Assembly (NCBI GenBank): GCA_034003985.1
Contig: JAVEXP010000002.1
Span: forward strand, 80,789-144,788
Source: Patescibacteria group bacterium
Lineage (GTDB): Bacteria > Patescibacteriota > Patescibacteriia > Buchananbacterales > UBA6539
Reading direction: 5' to 3'
Length of the DNA: 64,000 bases
Numbering within the stretch: the first letter of the stretch is position 1; each line of letters opens with the position of its first letter. Made by a program: the position numbers and the translations under genes. The notes under the pieces are model-generated. The model was not told where the DNA came from. It saw only the letters and a program-made list of their open reading frames with translations, and did not search any database. This document shows, one piece after another, positions 38,545 to 47,471 of the stretch.

Positions 38545-39834
38545 ATGAAAAATCGATATCAAAAAAGTAATCAGGCTTTTAAAAAGATTAATCGGTTGAT
38601 TCCGCTTGCTTCGCAGACCTTTAGTAAAAGCTATCTGCAATATGTTAAGGGTACGGCGCCATTATTTGTTAGTCGGGCTAAGGGTTGTCGTATTTGGGAT
38701 GTTGATGGAAATGAATATGTTGATATGATAAATTCTTTACTGGCTGTATCTTTGGGTTACAATCATCCATCGACTAATCGTGCCATTGCCAAACAGCTTA
38801 AGAAAGGAATCAGTTTTTCACTCGCTACTTTGTTGGAAGGCGAATTGGCTGAATTGTTGATTAAATATATACCAAGTGCGGAAATGGTAAGATTCGGCAA
38901 AAATGGTTCTGACGCTACTACCGGTGCTATCAGATTGGCCCGGGCAATCACTGGTCGGGAGGAAATCGCGGTTTGCGGTTTTCATGGTTGGCATGATTGG
39001 TATATTGGCAGTACTACCAGAAAACTCGGGGTGCCGAAGTCGACAGTTGAGTTAACTCATAAATTTGAATATAATAATCTCGAATCATTAGCTAAAATAT
39101 TCAAATCTCGCCGTAATAAAATTGCCGCGGTTATCATGGAGCCGATGAGTTATGAATGGCCAAAAGATAATTTCTTGGCCAAAGTTAAAAAATTAGCTCA
39201 TCAACACGGCGCGCTGTTGATATTTGATGAGGTTATAACCGGATTTCGTTTCGGTTTGGGCGGCGCTCAAAAATATTTTGAAGTTACGCCAGATCTTTCT
39301 TGTTTTGGCAAGTCAATGGCTAATGGCATGCCAATTTCCGCTTTGGTTGGAAAAAGACAATATATGAAAAGAGTCGAAGATATTTTTTATTCATTCACTT
39401 TCGGTGGTGAGAGTCTTTCACTGGCAGTTGCTATTGCCACCATCCAAGAGATGAAAAATAATAATTTTTCTAAAGTAATTGATCAAACCGGTAAATATCT
39501 AAAAATCGGCACTGAAAGAATAATTAAGAAACATGGCTTAATGGAAGTGGTTGAATTGAAAGGCGCTAATCACTGGCAGATTTTCTTTTTCCATGACCAC
39601 CGCGCTGCCAAAGCAATGGAAATAAAATCTTATGTCCAGGAAGAGTTGTTAGCCAGGGGAGTTTTATGGTATGGTCAGCATAACATCAGTTTTAGCCACC
39701 GACAAAAAGATTTAGATTTTGTTCTTAGTCATTATAATCAAGTATTTGAATTATTGAGCAATCAGTTGGCCAAAGGAGTTTTGTCCAAGGGTATTAAAAG
39801 TCGGATGATAACCGATATTTTTAAAGTTAGGTAA
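38545..39834 (+). CDS. Class III PLP aminotransferase (GSA-aminomutase-like), glycan-associated
   Basis: SQTFSKS, WDVDGNEYVD, RFGKNGSDAT, HGWHDW, IFDEVITGFR, FGKSMANG. Confidence 0.88.
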   Translation: MKNRYQKSNQAFKKINRLIPLASQTFSKSYLQYVKGTAPLFVSRAKGCRIWDVDGNEYVDMINSLLAVSLGYNHPSTNRAIAKQLKKGISFSLATLLEGELAELLIKYIPSAEMVRFGKNGSDATTGAIRLARAITGREEIAVCGFHGWHDWYIGSTTRKLGVPKSTVELTHKFEYNNLESLAKIFKSRRNKIAAVIMEPMSYEWPKDNFLAKVKKLAHQHGALLIFDEVITGFRFGLGGAQKYFEVTPDLSCFGKSMANGMPISALVGKRQYMKRVEDIFYSFTFGGESLSLAVAIATIQEMKNNNFSKVIDQTGKYLKIGTERIIKKHGLMEVVELKGANHWQIFFFHDHRAAKAMEIKSYVQEELLARGVLWYGQHNISFSHRQKDLDFVLSHYNQVFELLSNQLAKGVLSKGIKSRMITDIFKVR

Positions 39835-39836
39835 TC

Positions 39837-40487
39837 ATGTTGGATTTTATACCAATTAGAGCCGTTGCCGTTTTAGCCGGTGGAATTATTAAAGATAAAA
39901 ACGGCAAGTGGCATACCACTAATTTTGGTGAGCCAGGTGATCACGCCGGTGTAACCGGCGATCGCCTGAGAGTTGAAGCTGCCACTTATCTTTACTTTGA
40001 TGATCCGGAATTATTAATTATTGCTTCGGCCGGGAAGGGCCATCTGCAAAATGTTGCTGATGCGCCGATGTTGGCCGAAATTATTGCCGAAGAATTGATA
40101 GAAAATGGTGTAGCGTCTGATCATATTTTTAAAGAAGTGACTTCCAATAGTACCTATGAACAATTATTGGAAATTCAGCGGCTGTCGGCACAAAAAAATA
40201 TTAAAGAACTTGGAATAGTTTCTAATGAGTATCATTTGCCTCGCATTAAAGCGATGATTGATAATTTCAATCAGCTGGCTGATTTGAGAAATGATAGTGT
40301 TAAATTGATTTCCGCCGAAAAAGTTTTAATTGATCATGATCCAGACAAGTGGTCCAACCTGATTAGTCAAGCTTATAATAGTTCCGAAATGGTTGAACGG
40401 CTTGCCAAAGAAGAACAGGGGATTGCCGATATTGAAGTCGGCAAATATGAGTTTAGAGATTTAAACGACAGTAATAAAGTTATATGA
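39837..40487 (+). CDS. YdcF/DUF218 (ElyC/SanA-like) protein
   Basis: VLAGG, R..AA..Y, SAGKG, SNSTYEQ, VSNEYHLPR. Confidence 0.75.
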   Translation: MLDFIPIRAVAVLAGGIIKDKNGKWHTTNFGEPGDHAGVTGDRLRVEAATYLYFDDPELLIIASAGKGHLQNVADAPMLAEIIAEELIENGVASDHIFKEVTSNSTYEQLLEIQRLSAQKNIKELGIVSNEYHLPRIKAMIDNFNQLADLRNDSVKLISAEKVLIDHDPDKWSNLISQAYNSSEMVERLAKEEQGIADIEVGKYEFRDLNDSNKVI

Positions 40488-41545
40488 TAAATAATTTAAT
40501 CATTCAATCCGCCAACAGTGAAATAAAAATTGGTCCTGGTAATCCAGTTTTTATTGTCGCGGAAATTTCAGCCAATCATAATCAGTCAATTGATTTGGCC
40601 AAAGGATTGATTGACGCGGCCGCTCAAGCCGGTGCTAATGCGGTGAAAATGCAGACTTATACTGCCGATACTATTACCATTGATTCGGACAAAGAATATT
40701 TTAAAATTACTGGCGGCAACTGGGCCGGTGAAACTTTGTACAGTCTTTATCAAAAAGCCTATACGCCGTGGGAGTGGCAGGCTGAATTAAAGACCTATGC
40801 CGAGGGCAAGGACCTGGTTTGGTTTTCCGCGCCTTTTGATCAAACCGCTGTTTCTTTTTTGGAAGGCTTGGGAGTTAGTCTTTATAAAATCGCCGGCTAT
40901 GAGTTTGCTGATTTGCCGTTATTGCAGGCGGTAGCCAAGACCGGCAAACCGGTGGTTGCATCAGCGGCCATGGCTTCAGTTGAAGACATCGCCTGGTCAA
41001 TTAAAATTTTGCGGGATAATGGCTGCAGCCACTTGGCTATTTTGCATTGTATTAATGCTTATCCGGCCAACCCCGAAGAAATGAATATCTCGACGATTAC
41101 TGATATTATCAATAGATTTGGAGTAGTGTCTGGTCTATCCGATCATTCATTAGGTGCCGAAGCGGCGGTGGCTGCAGTAGCCGCCGGCGCGTCAATTATT
41201 GAGAAACATATTATTATTTCCCGACAGTCAGACAGTCCGGATAAAGAATTTTCTTTGGAACCGGACGAATTTAAATCTTTGGTTAATGCTGTCAGAGAAA
41301 CAGAAAAAATTATTGGCCGGCCAAAGTATGGTGCTGGCCTCAGTGAACAGCCTAATGAGAAGTTTAAGCGATCCCTGTTTGTTGTTAAGGATATCAAGCG
41401 CGGTGAAACTTTTACTGAAGAAAATGTCCGTTCAATTCGTCCCGGCTATGGTTTGCCACCAAAATTTTTGCCGAAAATTATGGGTAAAAAAGCGGTTCAG
41501 GACATTGAACGAGGAACGCCTTTGAGTAACGACCTAATTGATTAA
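40484..41545 (+). CDS. pseI: Pseudaminic acid synthase (NeuB family with C-terminal SAF domain)
   Basis: VAEISANHNQ, KMQTYTADTIT, AYTPWEW, GLSDH, IEKH, FSLEP, RSIRPGYGL. Confidence 0.92.
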   Translation: MINNLIIQSANSEIKIGPGNPVFIVAEISANHNQSIDLAKGLIDAAAQAGANAVKMQTYTADTITIDSDKEYFKITGGNWAGETLYSLYQKAYTPWEWQAELKTYAEGKDLVWFSAPFDQTAVSFLEGLGVSLYKIAGYEFADLPLLQAVAKTGKPVVASAAMASVEDIAWSIKILRDNGCSHLAILHCINAYPANPEEMNISTITDIINRFGVVSGLSDHSLGAEAAVAAVAAGASIIEKHIIISRQSDSPDKEFSLEPDEFKSLVNAVRETEKIIGRPKYGAGLSEQPNEKFKRSLFVVKDIKRGETFTEENVRSIRPGYGLPPKFLPKIMGKKAVQDIERGTPLSNDLID

Positions 41546-41555
41546 TATTTTAGAT

Positions 41556-42011
41556 ATGACTGAAAATTATTTAGTCCGCCCGGTTGAGACCGATGACATT
41601 AAGCGAATTTGGGAAATTAGAAATCACGAAGATGTCAGAAAAGTTTCGGGCAGTTCGGACATTATCACTTTGGAAAATCATCTTAGTTGGTTTAACAAGA
41701 AATATTTTACCACTCGGCAAAATCTTTGTTATGTTTTAGCAAATAACAATCAGATTATTGGCTATTGTCGGTTTGATTACGATCCTGATAAAAATTATTA
41801 TGTTGTTTCGATTGCTGTTGATCCGGAATTTCATAGTCGGGGATTGGGTGGTATCTTGTTGGCTCAAAGCCTTAAAGAATTTGGTGGTCGCGGAGCTGTT
41901 TTGGCTCAAATCAAGAAACTTAATATTCCTTCAATTAAATTGTTTGAGAAAAATGGCTTTGTTTTGGATCATCAAGATCAAGAAAATTGGTATTTAATTT
42001 ATAATAATTAG
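41556..42011 (+). CDS. GNAT N-acyltransferase, PseH-like
   Basis: IWEIRN..VR..S..I..ENHLSWF, RGLG, NIPSIKLFEKNGF; follows pseI. Confidence 0.75.
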   Translation: MTENYLVRPVETDDIKRIWEIRNHEDVRKVSGSSDIITLENHLSWFNKKYFTTRQNLCYVLANNNQIIGYCRFDYDPDKNYYVVSIAVDPEFHSRGLGGILLAQSLKEFGGRGAVLAQIKKLNIPSIKLFEKNGFVLDHQDQENWYLIYNN

Positions 42012-42018
42012 TTTGATT

Positions 42019-43830
42019 ATGCAGGCATTAATTTTAGCCGCCGGCCAAGGCAACCGTTTAAAACCAATGACTGACAAAATCCCTAAGGGATTAGTTCAGG
42101 TAAACGGCATCCCAATTCTTGAAAATGATTTAAATATTCTATCAAAGAAAGGCATTGCCAAAACTTTTATTGTTGTTGGTTATCTTCAGGATGAAATTAA
42201 AAATCATTTTGGTTATGACTGGAACGGGATGAAAATTGAATATCTTGAAAATAAAATTTTTGATCAAACTAACAACATTTATTCTTTATGGTTGGCTAAA
42301 GATGTGTTGCATGATGATACTATCTTGATGGAATGCGACATTTTTTTTGAGGAAAAATTAATTGATATATTGATTTCTGAAAAACTTGAAGACCGGGTCG
42401 TGGTTGATCGATTCGAACCTTTTATGGATGGAACGGTAGTGACCATTAATGATCACAGCGAGATAACAAAATTGATAACTTCCGATGATCAAGGAGAAAA
42501 TTTTGATTTTTCCAATACTTACAAAACCGTCAACATCTATCTGTTTACTAAAGATTTTTTGGAAAAGTTTTTCGTTCCTAACCTTGATCTTTATGTCAGC
42601 ACCCAAGGTAAGAATAAATATTATGAATTAATCCTTTCAATATTCATCAATTTCCGTAACCCGGTTTTAAAAGCCGCTGTTATTTCTGGTGTTAAATGGA
42701 TGGAAGTAGATGATTTTAGTGATCTGCGCCGGGCGGAAATGATGTTTGCTAATCCCCAAACCAGACTGGACGCCGCCCTTAATACTCACGGTGGTTTTTG
42801 GCGTTATGATTTTATGGATTTTTCCTATCTTTATAATTGGTATTTTCCGCCCTTGTCGTTAATTAACGAAATCCGAGTAAATTTACCAAGTTTATTGGCC
42901 ATTTATCCATCGTCTCAAAATTCAGTTAGTCGGATCCTTTCCAATTGGTTGGGGATTGAAGATAAGTATTTAGCGACCGCCAATGGTTCATCCGAGATAA
43001 TAAATTATGTTACCAGGACTTTGGTTAAAAAAATGTTGATCCCGGTACCGACTTTTAATGAATATGAGAGACTGTTGACGGCCGAGCAGATAGTTAAGTT
43101 TGATACTTCTAAAAATAATTTTGATCTTGATGAACAGGAGGTTGTAGATTTGGCCAGGCGGGAAGGCTGTAATTCAATTGTTTTAGTTAATCCGAATAAT
43201 CCGACCGGTAAATTTATGCCCTTGGCTGAAATAAAAAGTTTGGTTAAAAAATTGAATTTTCTCGACTTAATAATCGTTGATGAATCTTTTATTGACTACA
43301 CTTCATTAGACAAAAGCCAAAGCATGCACTCGGTTTTCGGCGAATTTTCCAATTTATTGATTGTTAAGAGCATGGGTAAGGATTTGGGTTTATTAGGTTT
43401 GCGCTTAGGTTATGCTTTGTCGGCCAATATCGATTTGATTAATGAAATTAGAATTAATTTGCCAATTTGGAATGTCAACTCTATTGCTGAGTATACTTTA
43501 GAATCCTTAACTAAATATCGAAAGGAGTTTGTCAAATCAATTGCATTAATGAATGATGATCGTCAGTATTTGATGAACCAGCTGCAAAATGTGGGCGGAC
43601 TTGAACCAATCGAATCGTACACCAATTTTATCACCTGTCGGATTAAAGGGAATGTCTCCAGTACCGAGCTGCGCGATCAATTATTTCTAAAACATAATAT
43701 TTTTATCAAGGATTGTAGTAATAAAAGTGGTATGGCCGACCAGAAGTATGTTCGGTTTGGCGTTAGGAAGAAAGCCGATGTTGATTTGTTAATCAAAGCG
43801 CTTAAAAAAGAATTATCAGATGGAAAATAA
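42019..43830 (+). CDS. Fusion: LicC/PntC-like cytidylyltransferase + CobD-like PLP-dependent (phospho-amino-acid decarboxylase-type) domain
   Basis: N-half LAAGQGNRL..PK, TNNIYSL, WMEVDD; C-half DFS..N, NGSSEII, NPNNPTG, DESFIDY, KSMGK..GLRLGY, PIWNVN, IKDCSN, YVRFGVR. Confidence 0.85.
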   Translation: MQALILAAGQGNRLKPMTDKIPKGLVQVNGIPILENDLNILSKKGIAKTFIVVGYLQDEIKNHFGYDWNGMKIEYLENKIFDQTNNIYSLWLAKDVLHDDTILMECDIFFEEKLIDILISEKLEDRVVVDRFEPFMDGTVVTINDHSEITKLITSDDQGENFDFSNTYKTVNIYLFTKDFLEKFFVPNLDLYVSTQGKNKYYELILSIFINFRNPVLKAAVISGVKWMEVDDFSDLRRAEMMFANPQTRLDAALNTHGGFWRYDFMDFSYLYNWYFPPLSLINEIRVNLPSLLAIYPSSQNSVSRILSNWLGIEDKYLATANGSSEIINYVTRTLVKKMLIPVPTFNEYERLLTAEQIVKFDTSKNNFDLDEQEVVDLARREGCNSIVLVNPNNPTGKFMPLAEIKSLVKKLNFLDLIIVDESFIDYTSLDKSQSMHSVFGEFSNLLIVKSMGKDLGLLGLRLGYALSANIDLINEIRINLPIWNVNSIAEYTLESLTKYRKEFVKSIALMNDDRQYLMNQLQNVGGLEPIESYTNFITCRIKGNVSSTELRDQLFLKHNIFIKDCSNKSGMADQKYVRFGVRKKADVDLLIKALKKELSDGK

Positions 43831-44533
43831 TTGGCATAAAATTTGGGAGAAAAAGGGGAGTGTGGCTAAGACTGGACAGCCTAGTCTTGCCGATTTAATC
43901 GGTTATGATGGCTTTGATTCTAAGATTGGGCGGATTACTGAAGCCGAATGGCGAAAATATGTTTCGCAAACTATTGCTAAATTGAGGATTAGCAAAAATG
44001 ATAAAATTTTAGAAATTGGTTGTGGTGCCGGAGCATTTTTGTTGCCTTTATATGAGCAGGGTTATAATGTTGCTGGCTTGGATTACTCTCAGTCGTTATT
44101 GGACGCTGCCAAAAAAGTGCTCGTTGGGGCCAATTTGGTCTGTGGTCAAGCCAATAATTTGCCGTTTAAAAATGGTGAATTTGATGTGGTCATCAGTAAT
44201 AGCATTTTTCATTATCTACCAAGCATTGATTATGCCGCCAAGGTGCTTAATGAAATGTTTCGAGTTTTGAATCAATCTGGTCGAGCGGCAGTTTTGGATA
44301 TTAATGATCAGGCTAAACAAGATTTTGCCGAAGATTTAAGAAGAAAAGAAATTGGCAATAAAGAATATGAAGAAAAATATAAGGGGTTGGGTCAATTGTA
44401 TTATCCTAAGTCTTTTTTTGAAAACTTCGCTGAAGAGCATGATATTAAATTTGTTATTGAACCGCAAGTCATTGATGGCTATCAGAATTCTTTGTGGCGT
44501 TACAATTTTTATTTTTATAAATCATCATTATGA
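43820..44533 (+). CDS. Class I SAM-dependent methyltransferase
   Basis: ILEIGCGAG, GLDYS, LPFKNGEFDVVIS. Confidence 0.9.
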   Translation: MENNWHKIWEKKGSVAKTGQPSLADLIGYDGFDSKIGRITEAEWRKYVSQTIAKLRISKNDKILEIGCGAGAFLLPLYEQGYNVAGLDYSQSLLDAAKKVLVGANLVCGQANNLPFKNGEFDVVISNSIFHYLPSIDYAAKVLNEMFRVLNQSGRAAVLDINDQAKQDFAEDLRRKEIGNKEYEEKYKGLGQLYYPKSFFENFAEEHDIKFVIEPQVIDGYQNSLWRYNFYFYKSSL

Positions 44534-45222
44534 ATTTTAGGCTAAAAATCGTTCCGGTAAAAAATTTGGTGCTCCATGAAGATGCCGACCAAGCGCGTAT
44601 TGCGCGCTATATCAAGCTTTTTAAAGTTAGCGGCAAATTAATTGATCCGCCGGTTGTTAGTCCCTTGGCAGGTGGCAAGTTTTTAGTTTTGGATGGCGCT
44701 AATCGAACTTCAGTTTTTAAGGCGTTGGGTATTCCTCATATTGCCGTGCAGGTTGTAGACTATTTTTCTAACGAGGTTAATCTCAGTTCTTGGAATCATC
44801 TGATTTGCCATCAGGATTTTGTTTGTCAAAATAAAAAGAAAATTATTTTTAAAAAGAACCAGCTGGCTGAAATGTCGCAATTTGTTAAACAATACAATGG
44901 CAAATATCAAATTAATCGTCTTGACTATGACAATTCGGTTCGAATCAAAAAGGAATATGGTTCAAACTGCTGTTTGATTGTTTTCCCTAAGTTTACCAAA
45001 TCAGACATTTTTAAATTTGCTAAAACCAATCAGCATATTCCTTCTGGTATTACTCGGCATCTAGTTAATGGCCGAGTGCTTAATTTAAATCTTAATCTTA
45101 GTTTTTTAAAAAGCAAAACCAGTTTGGCTGGCAAGCAAAAGAAATTAGATGAGTTGATTAAACGCAAATTAAATAAACATAATATTAGGCATTATGTCGA
45201 ATCGGTTAATATCATTTATTGA
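44530..45222 (+). CDS. SbnI/SerK-like free L-serine kinase (ParB/Srx fold)
   Basis: LKIVPV..L.LHE, P.V..L.GG.FLVLDGANR..FKALG...VQ, SSW.H, IPSGITR..V.GRVLNL, IRHY.E.V; these match S. aureus SbnI as I recall it along its full length, including the catalytic Glu and Asp positions. Confidence 0.75.
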   Translation: MNFRLKIVPVKNLVLHEDADQARIARYIKLFKVSGKLIDPPVVSPLAGGKFLVLDGANRTSVFKALGIPHIAVQVVDYFSNEVNLSSWNHLICHQDFVCQNKKKIIFKKNQLAEMSQFVKQYNGKYQINRLDYDNSVRIKKEYGSNCCLIVFPKFTKSDIFKFAKTNQHIPSGITRHLVNGRVLNLNLNLSFLKSKTSLAGKQKKLDELIKRKLNKHNIRHYVESVNIIY

Positions 45223-45922
45223 GGAAAATATCATTAAATATTTGCTTTCATTATTAAGGATGATTTGGCATTTAATTAAAAAAATTAAACCTTATAAAAC
45301 GGTTTATTTTAACGATTTTAATGCCACGATGGCGATGCCCCTTGATGCTATCCAGGTGATGAAGAGTTGCACTGAGGCTTTAAATCAAGCGGGGATTAAT
45401 TATCATTTGAGTTGGGGCACTGCCTTGGGCCTTTATCGTGATGGTAAATTGATTGGCCATGACACTGATATTGATTGTGACATTATGAATCCCGACATTA
45501 ATCAGATTGATCAGGCTTTAAAGCAGGCTGGGATGGTTATTGGTAAAAAAATTTATTACGGTAAAAAAGTCCAGCAAGCAATTTATGTTTCCTCCGGCGG
45601 AGTGGTCTTTGATGTTTTGTGTTGGTATCGTCGCGGGCAATTTTGTTTTAATCGATGCGAAGAAGATTATATTTTGAGGATTTCTCGCAACTATTTTATT
45701 GGCCATGACACGGTAGTTTATGATGGTGTTAATTATAATGTTCCTAAGCCGATTGAAAAATATCTTGAGTTGTTGTATGGTTCAACTTGGAAAATACCCC
45801 AATCGGCCAAAGGTGACTGGAAAGAGGGCTGTCCAATTGTTTCTAAAAAGTTATCACCATTGAAAAAAATATATTCTAAATTATTGCCGTATTATTATAA
45901 ATATTTGAAAAAAAATGGATAA
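45194..45922 (+). CDS. LicD/fukutin-family CDP-alcohol phosphotransferase
   Basis: LSWGTALGLYRDGKLIGHDTDID, VP..IEKYLELLYG.TWKIP; start uncertain. Confidence 0.85.
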   Translation: MSNRLISFIEENIIKYLLSLLRMIWHLIKKIKPYKTVYFNDFNATMAMPLDAIQVMKSCTEALNQAGINYHLSWGTALGLYRDGKLIGHDTDIDCDIMNPDINQIDQALKQAGMVIGKKIYYGKKVQQAIYVSSGGVVFDVLCWYRRGQFCFNRCEEDYILRISRNYFIGHDTVVYDGVNYNVPKPIEKYLELLYGSTWKIPQSAKGDWKEGCPIVSKKLSPLKKIYSKLLPYYYKYLKKNG

Positions 45923-47471
45923 AATTACCTTAGAATTTATTGAACAAAATAAAAAATTTTGGCCAGCCCGGCAAAATTTTAATGGCAGCTTTTTACTCGA
46001 TTTAACCTTGGCGGATATCGAATATGTCAATGTCAGACTTGTTACCGCCAGGGCGTTCATGGATCTATATCAGGCTGAACCAATCGTTTTAATTTCCACT
46101 TCTAAAAATCAGAAGCTGATTGAATTAATCAAGAGTTATGGAATTAATAAGTTAATTTATCTAGATAGTATCAAACTCAATTATTGGACTAAGCTATTAT
46201 ATTTTGTTTTGGCAATTTTGAATTGGCTACCGCGCAAGACCAGGGCCAGTTTGTTGAAATTAAAATTTCGGGGAAACCGAATAGGCAATTTTGTTTATGA
46301 TACCTGCATTAACTCGACTGGCTGGGGGACAGTTAATCCTTGGAATACCCGTTATATTAAATTTCTTTATTATGCCTATTGTTTGTATCTTCGCTATGAG
46401 CGGATTTTTAAGCAATGTCATCCAAAATTTTATTTTGGGGTCGAACAGGCTTACATTTCTGGCGGCATTCCTTCGGCTGCAGCGATCGCTAATCAATTAG
46501 GTGTATTCTATGCCAAACTTGGCCCTAATCGGATTGTTTACAAAAGTTATAAGACCATTGCTGACCTGGATATTTATCCTGCTCATCCCAGCAAAGATGA
46601 TTTTGTGTATATCATGGAACAACAAAAATCACAAGCCCTTGAGTGGGCCAATAAGTATCTTGGAAATTTATTTTCCGGCAATGTCAATCCGGCTGATTGG
46701 AATGCCATTAATGCTTTTGGCAAAGCCAAATTGCTTGATCAAGAATTGTATAATAAATTATTTAAATCAGGGTACAAATATCGGGTTTTCATTTTCCCAC
46801 ATGTTACAGTTGATGCCCCTCATGGCTATGTCAACGGGATTTTTAACGATTATGAAGAATGGCTGGTTGAAACTTTAAAAATCGCTTCCCGCCGTCAGGA
46901 TGTTTTGTGGATTTTAAAACCGCACCCCAGTGAAAAGGCTTACCATGTCGAGAAAAAAGTTTCCGATATTTATCATCGGCAGTTTGCCCAATATAAAAAT
47001 ATAATTTTGTACCCGGAGAATACCTCAACCGCCAACTTGGTAAACGAAATCGACGCGATTGTCACTGTTCGGGGTACGGCAATCGGGGAATACAGTTCAA
47101 TGGGAATACCGGTTATTACCGCCGGTCAGAATATGTTTGAGCATGGCAATTTCACCATTTTGCCAAAAGATCGTCAGGATTATGAGCGAGTTTTGATGGC
47201 TACCGAATTTCAGAAACTGTCAGCCGAAAAGATCGATTGCGCCCGAATTAGTTTATACCTTTATTTGCAGTTTAATTCTACTCCAATGCCTTTATTTTCT
47301 GACATTATTTTTGATACTTCCAAGCCGGCTGGTGATCAAATTTATAGTCATTTGTTGAATAAATTAAGAGAAACTAAGGTGGAAGATCTTTGGTCTCAGG
47401 AATTTAAAAACTATCTTAACAATAAATTCTATGATGGATGGAATCAAAAAGATAATCCCGCCGCTGATTAA
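45915..47471 (+). CDS. Capsule-synthesis (KpsS-like) protein, candidate CMP-nonulosonate transferase
   Basis: C-terminal FNDYEEWL..T, ILKPHP, VTVRGTAIGEYSSMGIPVI. Confidence 0.6.
   Translation: MDKITLEFIEQNKKFWPARQNFNGSFLLDLTLADIEYVNVRLVTARAFMDLYQAEPIVLISTSKNQKLIELIKSYGINKLIYLDSIKLNYWTKLLYFVLAILNWLPRKTRASLLKLKFRGNRIGNFVYDTCINSTGWGTVNPWNTRYIKFLYYAYCLYLRYERIFKQCHPKFYFGVEQAYISGGIPSAAAIANQLGVFYAKLGPNRIVYKSYKTIADLDIYPAHPSKDDFVYIMEQQKSQALEWANKYLGNLFSGNVNPADWNAINAFGKAKLLDQELYNKLFKSGYKYRVFIFPHVTVDAPHGYVNGIFNDYEEWLVETLKIASRRQDVLWILKPHPSEKAYHVEKKVSDIYHRQFAQYKNIILYPENTSTANLVNEIDAIVTVRGTAIGEYSSMGIPVITAGQNMFEHGNFTILPKDRQDYERVLMATEFQKLSAEKIDCARISLYLYLQFNSTPMPLFSDIIFDTSKPAGDQIYSHLLNKLRETKVEDLWSQEFKNYLNNKFYDGWNQKDNPAAD

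Noticed and set aside
38545-39834. hemL (tetrapyrrole synthesis)
   Set aside because: No other hem genes; embedded among sugar-nucleotide genes, so only the class III aminotransferase family call is kept.
42019-43830. hisC, cobalamin or phosphonate pathway gene
   Set aside because: No his or cob genes, and no PEP mutase or phosphonopyruvate decarboxylase in the window; fusion to a LicC-like domain next to licD points to phospho-amino-alcohol activation.
44530-45222. Chromosome-partition ParB
   Set aside because: No HTH or dimerisation domain and no parA; motifs fit the SbnI/SerK kinase branch of the fold.
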